From positions 64,001 to 128,000 of the IMG/VR virus record IMGVR_UViG_3300029922_000014: a DNA stretch of 64,000 bases; one strand, given 5' to 3'. Shown in pieces: positions 63,064 through 64,000 of the stretch (position 1 is its first letter; every line of letters begins with the position of its first letter). The stretch is from a virus. The notes below the pieces were generated by a model. The model saw only the letters and a program-made list of their open reading frames with translations, was not told the origin of the DNA and did not search any database. The translations under genes and the position numbers were made by a program.

Positions 63064-63113
63064 ATGATAGTTGAACTGACACGGTGTCAATCATTGTTTT
63101 CCGCGTAGTGCGG
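63064..63113 (-). promoter_or_regulatory. Promoter TTGACA-N15-TATCAT with Box A (63077-89, CGG core) and Box B (63101-13)
   Basis: Read directly from sequence. Confidence 0.75.
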
Positions 63114-64000
63114 AGATTCGCGCAAAGGGCGCAACAAACTTGCTGCGATGGGCGATGACATTGTCGAGACCGATCTTCGCCGCGAATCGCAAGAATCGCG
63201 TCTGATCGAACTCAAGTTCTTTCCCCTTCGCTTCGCAGTAGCAGGACTCGGAAAGGTCGATCCCGCGCATTTCATTCTCAAGTCGGCTGTGACTGTTGAT
63301 GATGTTCGTGTATGCCTTCGCGCGTCCTTTAGCCGCGATTCCCGCCAAGCGTTTCACGAGCATTTCAAGCTGTTGCAGTGGAGTCAGATAGGTGACGTCG
63401 GTTCCCTCTTCCGCTTCGATCTCTGCCCACTCCATCACGAGCTTCGGGGCGATCTTCTTGCCGCAACCGGCGGCGCCTCCGAGAGAGTCCGACGGGTCAC
63501 CCAGCAGGGTCTTCATCAGCAGGTAGAGGTATGGAGGAACCCCAGCGTTCTCGCGAAAGTTGAGATGATCCGTCAGGCGTTCGCCGTCAAACACGGAACC
63601 ACCCATGCCGACCACCTGGAACAGGTCACGATCGTTGCTGTAGACCACCGGTCTGCCCGTCGCCATGTTCTGCCTGACGATCGACGCACAGAGGTCATCG
63701 GCCTCAAAACCCAGCATCTTACAGACGGGAATACCAACGGCGCGGCACAGGTCCTCACAGTTGACAAGCTCCTCATGGATCGCTTCGAGCACTTCGGGCG
63801 CGAGTTCCTTGCGGTTCTTGATCCGGCTCTCTTTGTAGTTGGGAATGAGGTCGGTGCGGTGCTTGGGAACGCCATTGTCGAAGCAGGCGTAAATCTGCGT
63901 AGTCTCCGGATGCAGTTCGAGAAAGCCGACAATAGCGCGCAAGAAGGCGTTCGGGCCACCGGACCTGACCTGCGCAACGATGTCGCCATCTATTGCAGCC
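63091..64000 (-). CDS. 5'-3' exonuclease / T4 RNase H-like flap nuclease (5' end beyond the window)
   Basis: CFD....R....P.YK.SR, GFEADD, SNDRDL.Q, L.GD.SD...G..G.G.K.A; frame open to the window edge. Confidence 0.9.
   Translation of the reverse strand, partial: AAIDGDIVAQVRSGGPNAFLRAIVGFLELHPETTQIYACFDNGVPKHRTDLIPNYKESRIKNRKELAPEVLEAIHEELVNCEDLCRAVGIPVCKMLGFEADDLCASIVRQNMATGRPVVYSNDRDLFQVVGMGGSVFDGERLTDHLNFRENAGVPPYLYLLMKTLLGDPSDSLGGAAGCGKKIAPKLVMEWAEIEAEEGTDVTYLTPLQQLEMLVKRLAGIAAKGRAKAYTNIINSHSRLENEMRGIDLSESCYCEAKGKELEFDQTRFLRFAAKIGLDNVIAHRSKFVAPFARISALRGKQ

Noticed and set aside
825-63089. Box A repeats as a CRISPR array or integron attC cassette array
   Set aside because: The repeats are only 13-15 bp, irregularly spaced hundreds to thousands of bp apart and partly inside genes; there are no cas genes, integron integrase or GTTRRRY-bounded attC hairpins in the window
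1-64000. tRNA or rRNA genes
   Set aside because: No cloverleaf with a T-loop and acceptor stem, and no rRNA-like sequence, recognised by eye; tRNAscan-SE/ARAGORN would be needed to exclude them fully

Overview
A 64-kb segment of a large, GC-rich (roughly 60% by eye) tailed dsDNA phage with a T4-like core. Almost every real gene is on the minus strand. The right third holds core functions: a 5'-3' exonuclease/RNase H (cut off by the window edge), an NMP kinase, ThyX, MazG, an Mre11/Rad50 (gp47/gp46-like) pair, an Hjc-type resolvase, two HU-like proteins, a probable TerS, TerL and a T4 gp20-like portal carrying a 428-aa LAGLIDADG intein. The left two thirds is a dense accessory region of small genes, including a stand-alone TnpB, GroES, a pilin-like protein, an ADP-ribosylglycohydrolase, HNH nucleases, HTH regulators and a ~1070-aa putative internal-head polyprotein. 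The most striking unexplained signal is a window-wide regulatory grammar built from three 13-bp 5-3-5 palindromes. Box A (TGACA-N3-TGTCA; 21 copies with perfect arms) often supplies the -35 box or the stop/start codons at gene junctions. Box B is CCGCR-N3-YGCGG. Box C (GGTCC-N3-GGACC) abuts the SD sequence. They combine with short-spacer promoters (TTGACA-N15/16-YANNNT) into six near-identical expression cassettes, and Box B also forms a 92-bp tandem array. Other highlights are a structured ncRNA candidate, a Lar-type zinc finger fused to a GGQ-less release-factor domain, duplicated gene 3' ends that bracket inserted blocks, and a perfect 25-nt antisense match to the start of a leaderless mRNA. 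All calls come from manual motif reading; no database searches were run and motif counts are by eye.
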